From the NCBI RefSeq assembly GCF_006345805.1, contig NC_042998.1, positions 206,894,001 to 206,958,000 of the forward strand: a DNA stretch of 64,000 bases, written 5' to 3'. The stretch is from Octopus sinensis (taxonomy: Eukaryota). Of this stretch, positions 50,281 through 62,081 are shown one piece after another. The notes beneath the pieces are model-generated. The model was not told where the DNA came from and made no database searches. It was given only the letters and a program-made list of their open reading frames with translations. The translations under genes and the position numbers were made by a program. Positions within the stretch are counted from its first letter, which is position 1. Every line of letters starts with the position of its first letter.

Positions 50281-50930
50281 TTATTTCATCTAGTTTCAGC
50301 TCACGAGCTGTGGCCATGCTGGGGCACCGCTATTTGGTGTTGCTACATGATTTTACTTCACGAATGCTTTTTAGCAATTGACATTTGGTGCATGAGAGAG
50401 TTCGATGCAGCTGCCCTCATCTGCACCTCCTGCCGCAAAGTTGGTTCATCTGGGACACCTGACAGGAAGAGGTCCAGCTTTATTTTGAAGACATCTGCAG
50501 GTCTCTCAGGTCCTTCGGGAGGATATTGAAGAGCTGTGGACCTCTGAAACCCAGGCTATTGCAGTATCTTGTCCTACATCTTGATGGCAAATTTGGAGTC
50601 CTTGGCACTATGCAGTGGCACCCAGTTCAAGTATTTGTGTAACTCTCGATGCCAAAGTTTGGGACAAGTCCTTCCAGGATCTTCCAGATGTATATTATGG
50701 CATATCTTTCTCGCCTATGCTCTAAGGAATAGGGTCTTAATCTCTTGAGTCTTTCTCAATAGCTTATATGCTGCACAGAGGCTATCTTCTTCGTGTAGCT
50801 TCGTTGGATCGCCTCAAGTTCTGAGATTAATTTGACACTGGTTGGTGACCATAGCTGAGAGCAATAGTCAAAGTAGCTTAGCACAAGTGTTCTCCAGAGG
50901 ACTATCATAATTTCCTGGTCTCTTGTTCAA
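50281..50930 (-). mobile_element. CR1-group LINE 3' end (family 2)
   Basis: WRTLVLSYFDYCSQLWSP...ELEAIQRSYTKKI...ERYAIIYIWKILEGLVPN; tail gcggtgccccagcatggccacagctcgtgagctgaaactagat. Confidence 0.75.
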
Positions 50931-52384
50931 TAATTCACAAATTATTATTAAAAAATTCTAGACAGAGGTTGCAGTGGCGACGACGATCACCACCACTACC
51001 ACCAACATTTTAACGTACAATTTCCATGTTTGCATCGAGTAGAGAGAATTGTTGAGGCAGACGCACTTCCCTGTTTCCAAGCAAGGTTTCCCTATGAGCA
51101 GAAATGATTTTCGTGGAAGATTAGAAACAACCAACACCGCTTGTATGACAGTGATGCTCATTTACAACCAATACATGATGCTAAGTGAAGGCAATGCACA
51201 GACAAACGAATCTATATTATAAATTACAACAGGCTTCTTTCAATTTCCGTTCACCAAATCCATTCATAAGGCTTTGGTTAGGACAGGGTTAGTAAAAAGA
51301 CATTTGCCTGAAGTGTCATGAAATGGAACTGAACCAAAAACCAGATGGCCTCAGCCTGCGAGAAGTATCATCTCTATTAAATCACAAATTCTTGCCAACA
51401 TTCACTACATCCTACGGAAGTAGAGGGATTTTTTAAAAATACACAGGAAAGATTGCTTGTGCTGGTGGCATGTGAAACATTCGAGCGAGGTTGTTGCTAG
51501 TGCTGTTAGACTGGCTCCTGTGCAGGTGGCACGTAAAAAGCACAATATGGGTGTGGCTGTTGCCAGTACCACCGAACTGTCACGTAAAAGCACCCACTAC
51601 ACTCTTGGAGCGGTTGGTATTAGGAAGGGCATCCAACTGTAGAAACTCTGCCAGATCAGATTGGAGCCTGGTTCGCCAGACCTCAGTCAAAATCGTCCAA
51701 CCAACCCATGCTAGTGGAAGATGATTGATAAGGCTGTGACTGAGCTTGAGATGGTCGAGTGTTTAGGGAGAGGAATTTCCTTCTGGATTGAGCAACAGTC
51801 TACGACAAATCACACAAACACAAGGTTTGATCCCTGTACTCAATACTCAGATGAACTGAGGTTTTGTAGAATTAAAGTGTTCTAATTGAGGAATCTGCAG
51901 TAGAACTAAAAATTATCATTGTTTAACATTCATTTTCCAAACTTCTTACCCCACAGCTACTCCAGCACCTATTTCAGGTCATCATCATCATCATCATGAT
52001 TAACGTCCGTTTTTCATGCTGGCATGGGTTGGACGGTTTGACTGAGGCCTGGAGAGCCAGTGGCTGCACCAGGCTCCAAACTGATCTGGCAAAGTTTCTA
52101 CAGCCCTTCCTAATGCCAACCACTCCGAGAGTGTAGTGGGTGCTTTTTACATGCCACTGGCAAAGGAGCCAGTCAGGTAGACATGACATTGACCACGTTC
52201 AGATGATGCTTTTACGTGCCACCAGCATGGGAGCCATTTAGGGGGCACTGGCCACAGTTACAATATTGGTTTTACTTGACTCCACATGTCTTCTCAAGCA
52301 TATCATATTGCTCGACGCATCAGGGATATTCTTAACAGGGCCAGTCATGCATGGCTGCGATCTCTTTTATAAATGATTATAATA

Positions 52385-53290
52385 ATAATGAAATTATTGT
52401 ATACAGTGCTGAGGTGCACCACAACTTGTCAAAAGTGTGTATAAAGCTTATGCAGTAATGTACAAATGTCTGGGAAGTGAACAGTGTATGAGTCAGATAC
52501 ATGCTTGTGTGTGTATGGAGGGGAGAGAAGATCAGGTGTAGTGTTGGCGAATCTCAGGAAGCATGGAAGTTTTGAAGGATGCAGTGCTCTGACAACTAAC
52601 AACTGATGCCGGCAGTTTGTTCCATCCTTCAGCAACTCTTAGCATGAAAAAATGTTTCCTGAAGTCATGGGAGCTGTGCTGTTTTCTGACTTTGTAAACA
52701 TGTCCACGGGTGTTAGACGGGTGGAGTTTGAAAAGGTGCTCAGAGTTATTGTTAGTAAGATGGTTAATAATTTTATGGGTGTCTACCAAGTCAGCTGCCA
52801 GACGTCGGAGTTTCAATGTGTCCATGCCCTGGGAAGAAGTAAGGCGTTCAGAATATGGCAAATGCCTGATGGAAGATATTCTCTTGGTTGCACGTCGCTG
52901 GACAGTTTCCAGACGGTTAATATCCTGGGCAAGATAGGGGTTCCAGACCGGTGATGCAAATTCCAGGTGAGGTCGTACCATAGCTGTATAAAGCCGTAGA
53001 TAGATAGCCGGAGAGCGGCTCACAAAGGACTTGGTGAGTGATGCCAAGACACCTCAGCTTTCTTGGTAATTTTAGCGATGTGTTTTGTCCAACGCAAATT
53101 GCTGTCGACAATAACGCCCAGGTCACGTTCACACGAAGACTTTTTGAGATTAGTGTTGTGGAGGGAGTAAGTCGACATAGGTTTTTTCCTCCCAAAATGC
53201 ATGGTGGTACATTTGTCCACAGCCAGCTTGAGTTGCCAGTCCATGATCCACTGCTGCATTGTGTCCAGGTCTGATTGCAATAGAGACCTA
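52385..53290 (-). mobile_element. CR1-group LINE 3' end with (CATTATTATT) tail
   Basis: [12 protein letters not shown]...[19 protein letters not shown]...LETVQRRATK...FF.LRVAEGWNKLP. A shorter copy lies at 57395-57745. Confidence 0.9.
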
Positions 53291-53384
53291 TAGTGTACAG
53301 GATAAGGGATGAACAAATAACTAGTATAATGTTTATTTTCAAACAATTCTTAGTTTTAACACAAAGATAAGATTTCATTTTTAC

Positions 53385-53492
53385 CTTTTGGAACGAGTCT
53401 ATGTCAGTGATATCGTATACCAATATAGCGCCATTGCTGTCTCTGTAATATATGGGTCCTAGAGCATGGAATCTCTCTTGACCAGCAGTGTC
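53385..53492 (-). CDS. RAB21: Rab21 small GTPase, internal coding exon (G3/switch II region), 108 bp, phase 0/0
   Basis: Translates [36 protein letters not shown], a Rab21-type sequence. Acceptor ttttcttgttttccAG at 53494-53493 and donor GTaaaa at 53384-53383. Confidence 0.97.
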
Positions 53493-53860
53493 CTGGAAAA
53501 CAAGAAAAGAAAACATCTTAACAAAATGAAGATGGAAGGAAATCACTACCTTTCTACAGAATATATTAAACTTTAGGCAGACAAAAGTAGGAAACAGAGA
53601 TACCATTCTTGAGTGGAAGGGGAATACAGACAGGGTGGTCACGGCTGAGTCACCTTTGATCTCTGGTTATTTTCAATAACAATTCATCTGAGTCAAGTTT
53701 GACTTACATGGACAACCACTGATTTCCAACTGTATTTATTAAATATGGAGAATGTCTTGAGAAAATAATAATAACAAAAGAAGTTATTTCTCCACCCTCC
53801 TTAGAATTATCCAATGATACATGTTACTTATAGAAATTTGGAATTAACTTTAAATCTTTA

Positions 53861-54490
53861 CTATTTCTTTACTACCCACAAGGGGCTAAACACAGAAAGG
53901 ACAAACAAGGACAGACAAACGGATTAAGTTGATTACATCGACCCCAGTGCGTAACTGGTACTTAATTTATTGACTCCGAAAGGATGAAAGGCAAAGTCGA
54001 CCTCGGCGGAATTTGAACTCAGAATGTAACGGCAAACGAAATACCTATTTCTTTATTACCCACAAGGGGCTAAACACAGAGGGGACAAACAAGGACAGAC
54101 AAACAGATTAAGTCGATTACATCGACCCCAGTGCGTAGCTGGTGCTTAATTTATTGACCCCGATAGGATGAAAAACAAAGTCGACCTCGGCAGAATTTGA
54201 ACTCAGAACACAACGGCAAACGAAATACCTATTTCTTTATTACCCACAAGGGGCTAAACATAGAGGGGACAAACAAGGACAGACATAGGTATTAAGTCGA
54301 TTACATCGACCCCAGTGCGGAACTGGTACTTAATTTATCGACCCCGAAAGGATGAAAGGCAAAGTCAACCTCGGCGGAATTTGAACTCACAACGTAACGA
54401 CAGACGAAATACCGCAAAGCCTTTCATCCGGCGTGCTAACGTTTCTGCCAGCTCGCCGCTAAGCATTTTGCCCGGCGTGCTAACGTTTCA
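53861..54490 (-). mobile_element. S2 SINE head plus three head-to-tail 184-bp body units
   Basis: Unit boundaries at 53861, 54045 and 54229 (period 184); minus-strand junction ...AAAGAAATAG|GTATTTCG. Confidence 0.88.
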
Positions 54491-54559
54491 GCAGTTGAAT
54501 GGTAAATGGTTCAACATTTGTGCTAGGTTTTGGTGGAGCTTTGTGGATTGTTTCAATGT

Positions 54560-55025
54560 GAAAGAGCCTTCAGAGTAACTACCGTCCTGGAAGTATAAAA
54601 CCGTTAGTCATGTGAACAAGTTCATCAATTGTTCGGTGATGGTCCTCCAACATCAGCTTATGGATTTTTGAGACGTTTTCAATTGTTTGGGAGGTCAAAG
54701 ATCACCCTGAACAAGGTTGGTCTTCAAGCGACAAGTGAAGTGACCATTCCTCCTAAAGCGTGGAAACCACTCGAAAGCTTGTGCTTTGCTCGTGGCAGCA
54801 TCCTTGTAAGCTGTTTCAGGCATGACAACTGTTTTGGCTACTGTTTTCCCCAACAGAAAGCAACGAACAAGGAAGAAGCAATGCAAAACAAAGACACACC
54901 ACATGACAGAATGACTTCACCTGATGCCTGAGGATCTCATCAAGTGGCTTCTAGTGGCAGAAGCCTGAACTACAATGGGCTTGTTGCACAGAGGATGTTT
55001 TTGGTTAACTTTGGATACCCCCTCG
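54560..55025 (-). mobile_element. Mariner 5' fragment (TIR plus HTH domain)
   Basis: TA|CGAGGGGGTATCC TIR at 55025; CFLLGKTVAKTVVMPETAYKDAATSKAQAFEWFPRFR. Left boundary approximate. Confidence 0.7.
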
Positions 55026-55115
55026 TATATATGTGTGTGTGTATAATCATCTTCCACATCATTTACGCATATACACTCACACACATCCATATACACATCA
55101 CTATATCTTTGATAG

Positions 55116-55353
55116 TTAAGATTATTTGCCAACATGGCAGTCCTGGTTTAGGATGAATGTTGCTGTAATTTAGCCCCAAGAGACATCGTCTCCAGCTGGC
55201 TTTGCGACATGATCTGTGTCCTTATATTTTCGAACAAGGGAATCTAGCACCCCCACTCAGCTCAAAACAATATCTGTGTATCGTGATTTCTGGGTTATTT
55301 CCCTTCATCAGCACAGAATGGGGGTGCTAGATTCTCTTGTTCGAAAATGTAAG
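55116..55353 (-). mobile_element. Family B element, single truncated copy with terminal fold-back; hammerhead-like motif at 55273-55317(-)
   Basis: Reverse complement of ~61009-61210; 55320-55353 is an inverted re-copy of ~55214-55256. Confidence 0.8.
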
Positions 55354-55429
55354 TAGAACTAAAAATCATCATCATTTAACATTCATTTTCCAAACTTCTT
55401 ACCCCAATGCTACTCCTGCACCTATTTCA

Positions 55430-56850
55430 TGCCATCATCATTGATTAACGTCCGTTTTCCATGCAGGCATGGGTTGGACGGTTTGACTGAGGTCTGGAAA
55501 GCCAGTGGCTGTACCAGACTCCATTCTGATCTGGCAATGTCTCTACAGTTGGATGCCCTTCCAAATGCCAACCACTCCGAGAGTGTAATGGGTGCTTTTT
55601 ACATGCCACCAACATGGAACCCAGTCAGGCGGCACTGGCCCCAGCTACGACTTTGGTTTTATTTGACTCAATATGTCTTCTCAAGCATATCAAATCACCC
55701 AATGCATCAAGGGTACTTTTAAACGGGCCAGACATGCAACACTGACATCGGCCCTGGCTGCATTCTCACTTTACTTGCCAGGTCTTCTCAATCACAGCAT
55801 ATCTCCAGAGGTCTCGGTCTCCTGTCATTGCCTTTGTGAGGCCCAACATTCGAAGGTCATGCTTCACCACCTCATCCCATGTCTTCCTGGGTCTACATCT
55901 TCCACAGGTTCCTTCCACAGATGTCCTCATCCATATGTAAAATATGACCCTACCACCACAGTCGTCTCTCTTGCACACCACATCTGATGCTTCTTATGTT
56001 CAGGGCGTTCACACTGACATTACACGTCTAGCAGATCACATTGGCTTTATTTCTTTCAAGCCTATGCATGTCCTCCACAGTCAAGGCCCATGCTTCACTG
56101 CCGTGTAGCATGGTTGTTTGCACACATGCATCATACAGTCTACCTTTCATCCGGAGTGAGAGGCCCTTAGTTGCCAGCAGAGGTAGGAGCTCCCTGAACT
56201 TTGCCTAGGCTATTCATATTCTAGTTGCTTCATACTCAGAGCAACCACCCCCACTACAGACTTGGTTGCCTGTTCTGTTAATAGAAGATGGCACCTCTGT
56301 TGATGTAGCTTTGCTAGGCAAGGTGGTTTTGTGCTTGCATCTCCCAGGTATTGGGGGGTTAATTTCAAAGCTCTTCTGTGCGGCTGTGAGCATATCCTTG
56401 AAGCATTTTTTCTATCCATTTTGCGTGCACTTGCTTTCCACCAGTTCACTGTAAAACAGTTACTTGAAGAGTTGTGTGTTAGACATTTGAACACTAGGTG
56501 GCCTGCCCACCTCACTTGCGATACAGAAGCAGGAAAATAGCACAAAATACCTGATGCCCCAAAAGAATGAGGATGCAGGAGAACCACCTTGTTGAGATAA
56601 CTGGTGAAGACAGTGTGGAATAAACGTTGATGATGCCACCCATATCATAAGTAGCTGTCCAAAAATGTCCCCGCATTTTTATCTGTTAGCAAGACACTTG
56701 CTTAACCATTTCTCTCTCGACGTCATTGTTTTCCCACATTTCCACACTTTCAAACAAACGGACATACCAACAAATATATTAACTTCATAATCTTCCAGGC
56801 TTAATAGTCATTAGTTTCTGCCAACAAAGCCATCACCAATTTCCTTAGAT
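55430..56850 (-). mobile_element. Degenerate RTE fragments, including an apurinic-endonuclease-like remnant (~56210-56850)
   Basis: GRPRKTWDEVVKHDLR end; upstream degenerate NTqlF..TW.....N...IC-type APE motifs. Low identity. Confidence 0.55.
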
Positions 56851-58436
56851 TCTGAATTCCTGTTCTATATTATTTATATGTTTCTAAATTCTCAAAATGA
56901 AATGGTATTTTATGTGGTAAGTAGCTTGCTTACCAACCATGGTTCTGGGTTCAGTCCCACTGTGTGGCACCTTGGGCAAGTGTCTTCTACCATAGCCTCG
57001 GGCCGACCAAAGCCTTGTGAGTGGATTTGATAGACGGAAACTGAAAAAAGCCTGTCGTATATATATATATATATATATATATGTATTTGTGTTTTTCTCC
57101 CCTACCATCACTTGACAACCGGTGGTGGGTGTGTTAATGTCCCCTTGTCACTTAGCGGTTCGGCAAGAGAGACCGATAGAATAAGTACTAGGCTTACAAA
57201 GAATAAGTCCTGGGGTCGATTTGCTCGACTAAAGGCCGGTGCTCCAGCATGGCCACAGTCAAATGACTGAAACAAATAAAAGAATAAAAGAACAGCTAGA
57301 GGTGGTATTTTGGTAGCCCTGCGAAGCTAATCTTAGCAGCTTATCACTGTGTGTGTGTGTGTCCATGTGTGTTTGTATTTTTATATAGATGTATAATAAT
57401 AATAATAATGAAATTATTGTATACAGTGCTCAGATGCACCACAACTTGTCAGAAAGTGCGCATAAAGCATATGCAGTGATGTACAAATGCCTGGGAAGCG
57501 AACAGTGTATGAGTCAGATATATACTTGTGTGTGTATGGAGGGGAGAAAATCAGGTGTAGTGTTGGCGAATCTCAGGAAGCATGGAAGTTTTGAAGGATG
57601 CAGTGCTCCGACAACTAACAACTGATGCCGGCAGTTTGTTCCATGCTTCAGCAACTCTCAGCGTGAAAAAATGTTTCTGAAAGTCATAGAAGGAGCTGTG
57701 CTGTTTTCTGACTTTGTAAACATGTCCACGGGTGTTAGATGGGTATGTGTGAAAGTAAATAACCCAGCTGAATTGAACCTGTGTCCTCTGGTTAGAACAT
57801 AAGCTGCTGCTGCTATCGCTGCCATCACCACCACCACCACCACCACCATCATTATCAGTATATTACGATAAATGGCTCTCCCCTTCTCAGTTTCATTCAT
57901 GACCTCACCAGTTCAGTCAGTAACATACATTTCGGTGCAGCAGCAGCAGCCGTAGTAGCAGCAGCACGGTTGTTATTTGGCTACAAACACAACAGATGTG
58001 AATTTATATTCCACATCCTATGTAAAACCGTGATTTCACTTCTTCTCAACACTTCCTTAAGCCGCTGCCGCTGCAGCCGCCACCACCACCACCCGTGCCA
58101 CCGCCACCCCCCACCTTGCACTTTTAATTCAGCCAGTCTTATCTGTTCGCAGCATCCTCTTCTGTACACATCAACTGATGCTTGCAGTGCTTGGCAGCTT
58201 CTCTCAGTTCGCACGCAGTTTGCTTTTTTTTCAGCCAAGTTTAAGCAAAGCACATTTAAAATAGTAATTTACTTACTGACTTGTTAGTCAACCTGCTAGA
58301 AATAGCACCCAAATCTCCTCTTCCATACAATAATGCAAAGTTCCAGAAGAAGAGCATAGACTTTACAAAACTTCTGCATTGAAAGCCCATGTTTCACCAT
58401 TGCAGTTTGTAGACTAGCATGAGAGAGAGAGAGAGG

Positions 58437-58538
<102 letters not shown>

Positions 58539-59099
58539 CTATAGCAAAAGACACTTGCCCAAGGTGCCACGCAGTGGGACTGAACCCGGAACTATGTGAT
58601 ATATATATATCATCATCATTGTTTAATGTCCATTTTCCATGCTGGTATGGGTTGGACAGTTTGACAGGGGTCTGGGAAGCCAGGATGCTGCACCAGGCCC
58701 TATATGATGGGCTTCTTTCAGTTTCTGTCGACCAAATTCACTCACAAGGCTTTGGTCGGCCCGAGGCTATAGTAGAAGACACTTGTCCAAGTTGCCACGC
58801 AGTGGGACTGAACCCGGAACCATGTGGTTGGTAAGCAAGCTTCTTACCACACGGCCACTCCTCAATCAAACAGGATCAATAATGAATAATGAATAATGAA
58901 CAGAGGGGTAACAAAACATCACTCAACTCTCTCCGTTTCCGGTTCAGGCAGAGTTTCGGTTGTGTTTGTGTTTTCCAACCTGTTTGTTTTTAAAACGCTT
59001 GATTTCTGTGGCAGGTATTGGAATTTTACATAAACTTCTGATTGCTAATCATTCAGGCATGAAATAGCAGTGGAAGTCTATTGTCAGCAAAGCAACTGA

Positions 59100-59920
59100 A
59101 ATTAATTGGATGATAATGATGATGATGATAGTAATAATAATAATAATAATGATAATAATAGTAATAATAATAATAATGATAATAATGATGATAATAATAA
59201 TAATAATGATAATAATAATAATAATAATAATAACAATAATAATAATAATAGTAATAATAATAATAATAGTAATAATAATAATAATAATGATGATAATAAT
59301 AATAATAATGATAATAATAAAATATTGATGATGATGATAATAATGATAATAATAAAATATTGATGATGATGATGATGATAATAATAATGATGATAATAAT
59401 AATAATGATAACAATAATAATAACAATAACAATAATAATAATAACAATAAAATAATAATAACAATAATAATAATAATAATAATAACAATAATAATAATAT
59501 AATAATAACAATAATAATAATAATAGTAATAATAATAATAATAGTAATAATAATAATAATAATGATGATAATAATAATAATAATGATAATAATAAAATAT
59601 TGATGATGATGATAATAATGATAATAATAAAATATTGATGATGATGATGATGATAATAATAATGATGATAATAATAATAATAATAACAATAAAATAATAA
59701 TAATAACAATAATAATAATAACAATAAAATAATAATAACAATAATAATAATAATAATAATAACAATAATAATAATAATAGTAATAATAATAATAATAGTA
59801 ATAATAATAATAATAATGATGATAATAATAATAATAATGATAATAATAAAATAGCGATGATGATGATGATAATAGTAATAATAATGATAATAATAATAAT
59901 GATAATAATAATAATAATGG
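59100..59920. repeat. ~820-bp (AAT)n/(GAT)n/(AAC)n compound microsatellite with ~275-bp higher-order duplication
   Basis: The marker aaaatattgatgatgatgataataatgataataataaaatattg recurs at ~59319 and ~59594. Confidence 0.9.
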
Positions 59921-61008
59921 TAAAAAAAAAACAGACAATAAAATCCCATTTCCCATGAGTAGGGGCTTGTAGCTTGCAAATATCAATTATTTGTAACAAG
60001 TTCTTTCAACATAATTGGAAGAGTGTTTTAATAACACCATCACATGGTTACTTGGATACATTGAACAGAGTCTACTCTGTTATACACAAGTGGACCAATA
60101 CTTTACCTGAAGAGGGACAGGTGTAGGCATGGCTGTATGGTTAGGAAATGTGTTTTCCAAAAAACATGGTTTGGGGTTCAGTCCCACCGCATGGAACCTT
60201 GGGCAACTGTTTTCTGCTACAGCCCTAGGCGAACCAGAAACCTTGTGAGTGGATCTGATAGAAAGGTGCTGGTGCCATGTAAAAAGCATCCAGTACAATC
60301 TGTAAAGAGGTTGGCATTAAAAAGGGCATCCAGCTGTAGAAACCATGCCAGAGCAGACAATTGGAACCTGGTGTGAGCCCTGGCCTTATCAGCTCCTGTC
60401 AAACCCCTAGCCCATGCCAGTACGGAAAACTGGTGTTAAATAATAATGAAACGAGAAGAAGCCCATTGTGTGTATCTCCTTGTCTTAACATTGCATGAGA
60501 ATTGTAAATGAGTGTCCCTGTCATACAAGCATTTCCAATGTTCTGTGAGAACATGTTTGCACATGGGGAAATATGACCTTAACAGAAACAGGTGAAAGTT
60601 GACAGCAGGAAGTGCTTCTGGCCAGGTTTTATAGGGATCTCAAAGTCTTCTATCAAAATTTTATGTTAATTTGTGCAGAGAACACCAACAACAAAATTAA
60701 TCGAAACAAATGTAGTGTAAAGATTGTTTGCCAACATAACCTGGCAGTCCTGGTTTAGGACAAATGTTGCTGTAATTTAGCCCCAGGAGATATCGTCTCC
60801 AGCTGGCTACATGACATGATCTGTGTCCTTTTGTTTTCGAATATATTGGCAAACAATCTTTACTCCAAAGTACCGTTAATGAATATCTCTCATTGTGAAA
60901 TTTACAAATAGTAATTTTCTAATTTATAAATCAGTGACTAGTTGTCATGTTGAAAACTGTATATTTCGAACGGGAATTTGGCAGCACCACCTCTAGCCAA
61001 ACAATTAT

Positions 61009-61053
61009 TCTGTGCTGATGAAGGGAAATAACCCAGAAATCGCAATACACAGA
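61009..61053 (+). ncRNA. Type-I hammerhead-like motif, family B unit 1
   Basis: TCTGTG-CTGATGA-A-GGG(AAATAA)CCC-A-GAAA-TCGCAA-TA-CACAGA. Helix I is 6 bp perfect. Confidence 0.55.
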
Positions 61054-61360
61054 TATTGTTTTGAGCTGAGTGGGGGTGCTAGATTCCCTTGTTCGAAAAT
61101 ATAAGGACACAGATCATGTCGTATAGCCAGCTGGAGACGATATCTCCTGGGGCTAAATTACAGCAACATTTGTCCTAAACCAGGATTGCCATGTTATGTT
61201 GGCAAACAATCTTTACTCCAAAGTACCGTTAATGAATATCTCTCATTGTGAAATTTACAAATAGTAATTTTTCTAATTTATAAATCAGGGACTAGTTGTC
61301 ACATTGAAAACTATATTTCGAACGGGAATTTGGCAGCGCCACCTCTAGCTGAACAATTAT

Positions 61361-61405
61361 TCTGTGCTGATGAAGGGAAATAACCCGGAAATCATGATAC
61401 ACAGA
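61361..61405 (+). ncRNA. Type-I hammerhead-like motif, family B unit 2
   Basis: TCTGTG-CTGATGA-A-GGG(AAATAA)CCC-G-GAAA-TCATGA-TA-CACAGA. Helix III ATCATGAT is a perfect palindrome. Confidence 0.6.
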
Positions 61406-62008
61406 TATTGTTTTGAACAGAGTGGGGGTGCTAGATTCCCTTGTTTGGAAATATAAGGACACAGATCGTGTTGTATAGCCAGCTGGAGACGATGTCTCCT
61501 GGGTCTAAATTACAGCAACATTCGTCCTAAACCAGGACTGCCATGTTATGTTGTCAAACAATCTTTACTCCAAAGTACTGTTGCTGAATATCTCGTGAGA
61601 TTCAAAAATAGAAATTTTCAAACGTAAGTGTATTTCAACAGAAATATGGGGCCAGCAGAGAAAACGGACATTAAATGATGATGACGATGATGATGATGAT
61701 GATGAGAGTCTCATGTGTCCAGTAGTAAGTTGAAAAACTTTTATCGACTGAGCTTAACCAAGCAATTAGTAAACAACCCTCCACTGCCACTGGGGGCGGT
61801 GGGGGTCATGGTGGTGGTGGGGGCTAAGAATCTATGAATTAATAACAAAATAGTAAACCATCAAATGCCTTCACATCTAAAATACTGAAATTAATTATAG
61901 TTTGCAGCCCAGAAAGAGAAGGATAAGAATAAGGACAACAACGATGATTGCTAATTTGAAATTAGGTTAAGAAATGTCAGCTGAATCATTAATTTTGATG
62001 TGAGTCAC

Positions 62009-62039
<31 letters not shown>

Positions 62040-62047
62040 AGAGAGAG

Positions 62048-62081
<34 letters not shown>

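Larger units (their letters stand above)
60717..61600 (+). mobile_element. Family B array: 125-bp inverted leader plus ~2.1 direct 353-bp units, each full unit with a hammerhead-like motif
   Basis: Unit starts at 60846, 61199 and 61551; 60717-60841 is the reverse complement of 61092-61216. Confidence 0.88.

Noticed and set aside
52917-53642. 241-aa ORF containing a Rab motif as a single gene
   Set aside because: Only 53385-53492 is exon; the remainder is intron and a CR1 fragment read through by chance.
59049-59999. ~300-aa ORFs (poly I/L/Y/H) and similar ORFs at 7480-8287, 17938-18381 and 28923-29495
   Set aside because: Translations of microsatellites that lack stop codons in some frames.
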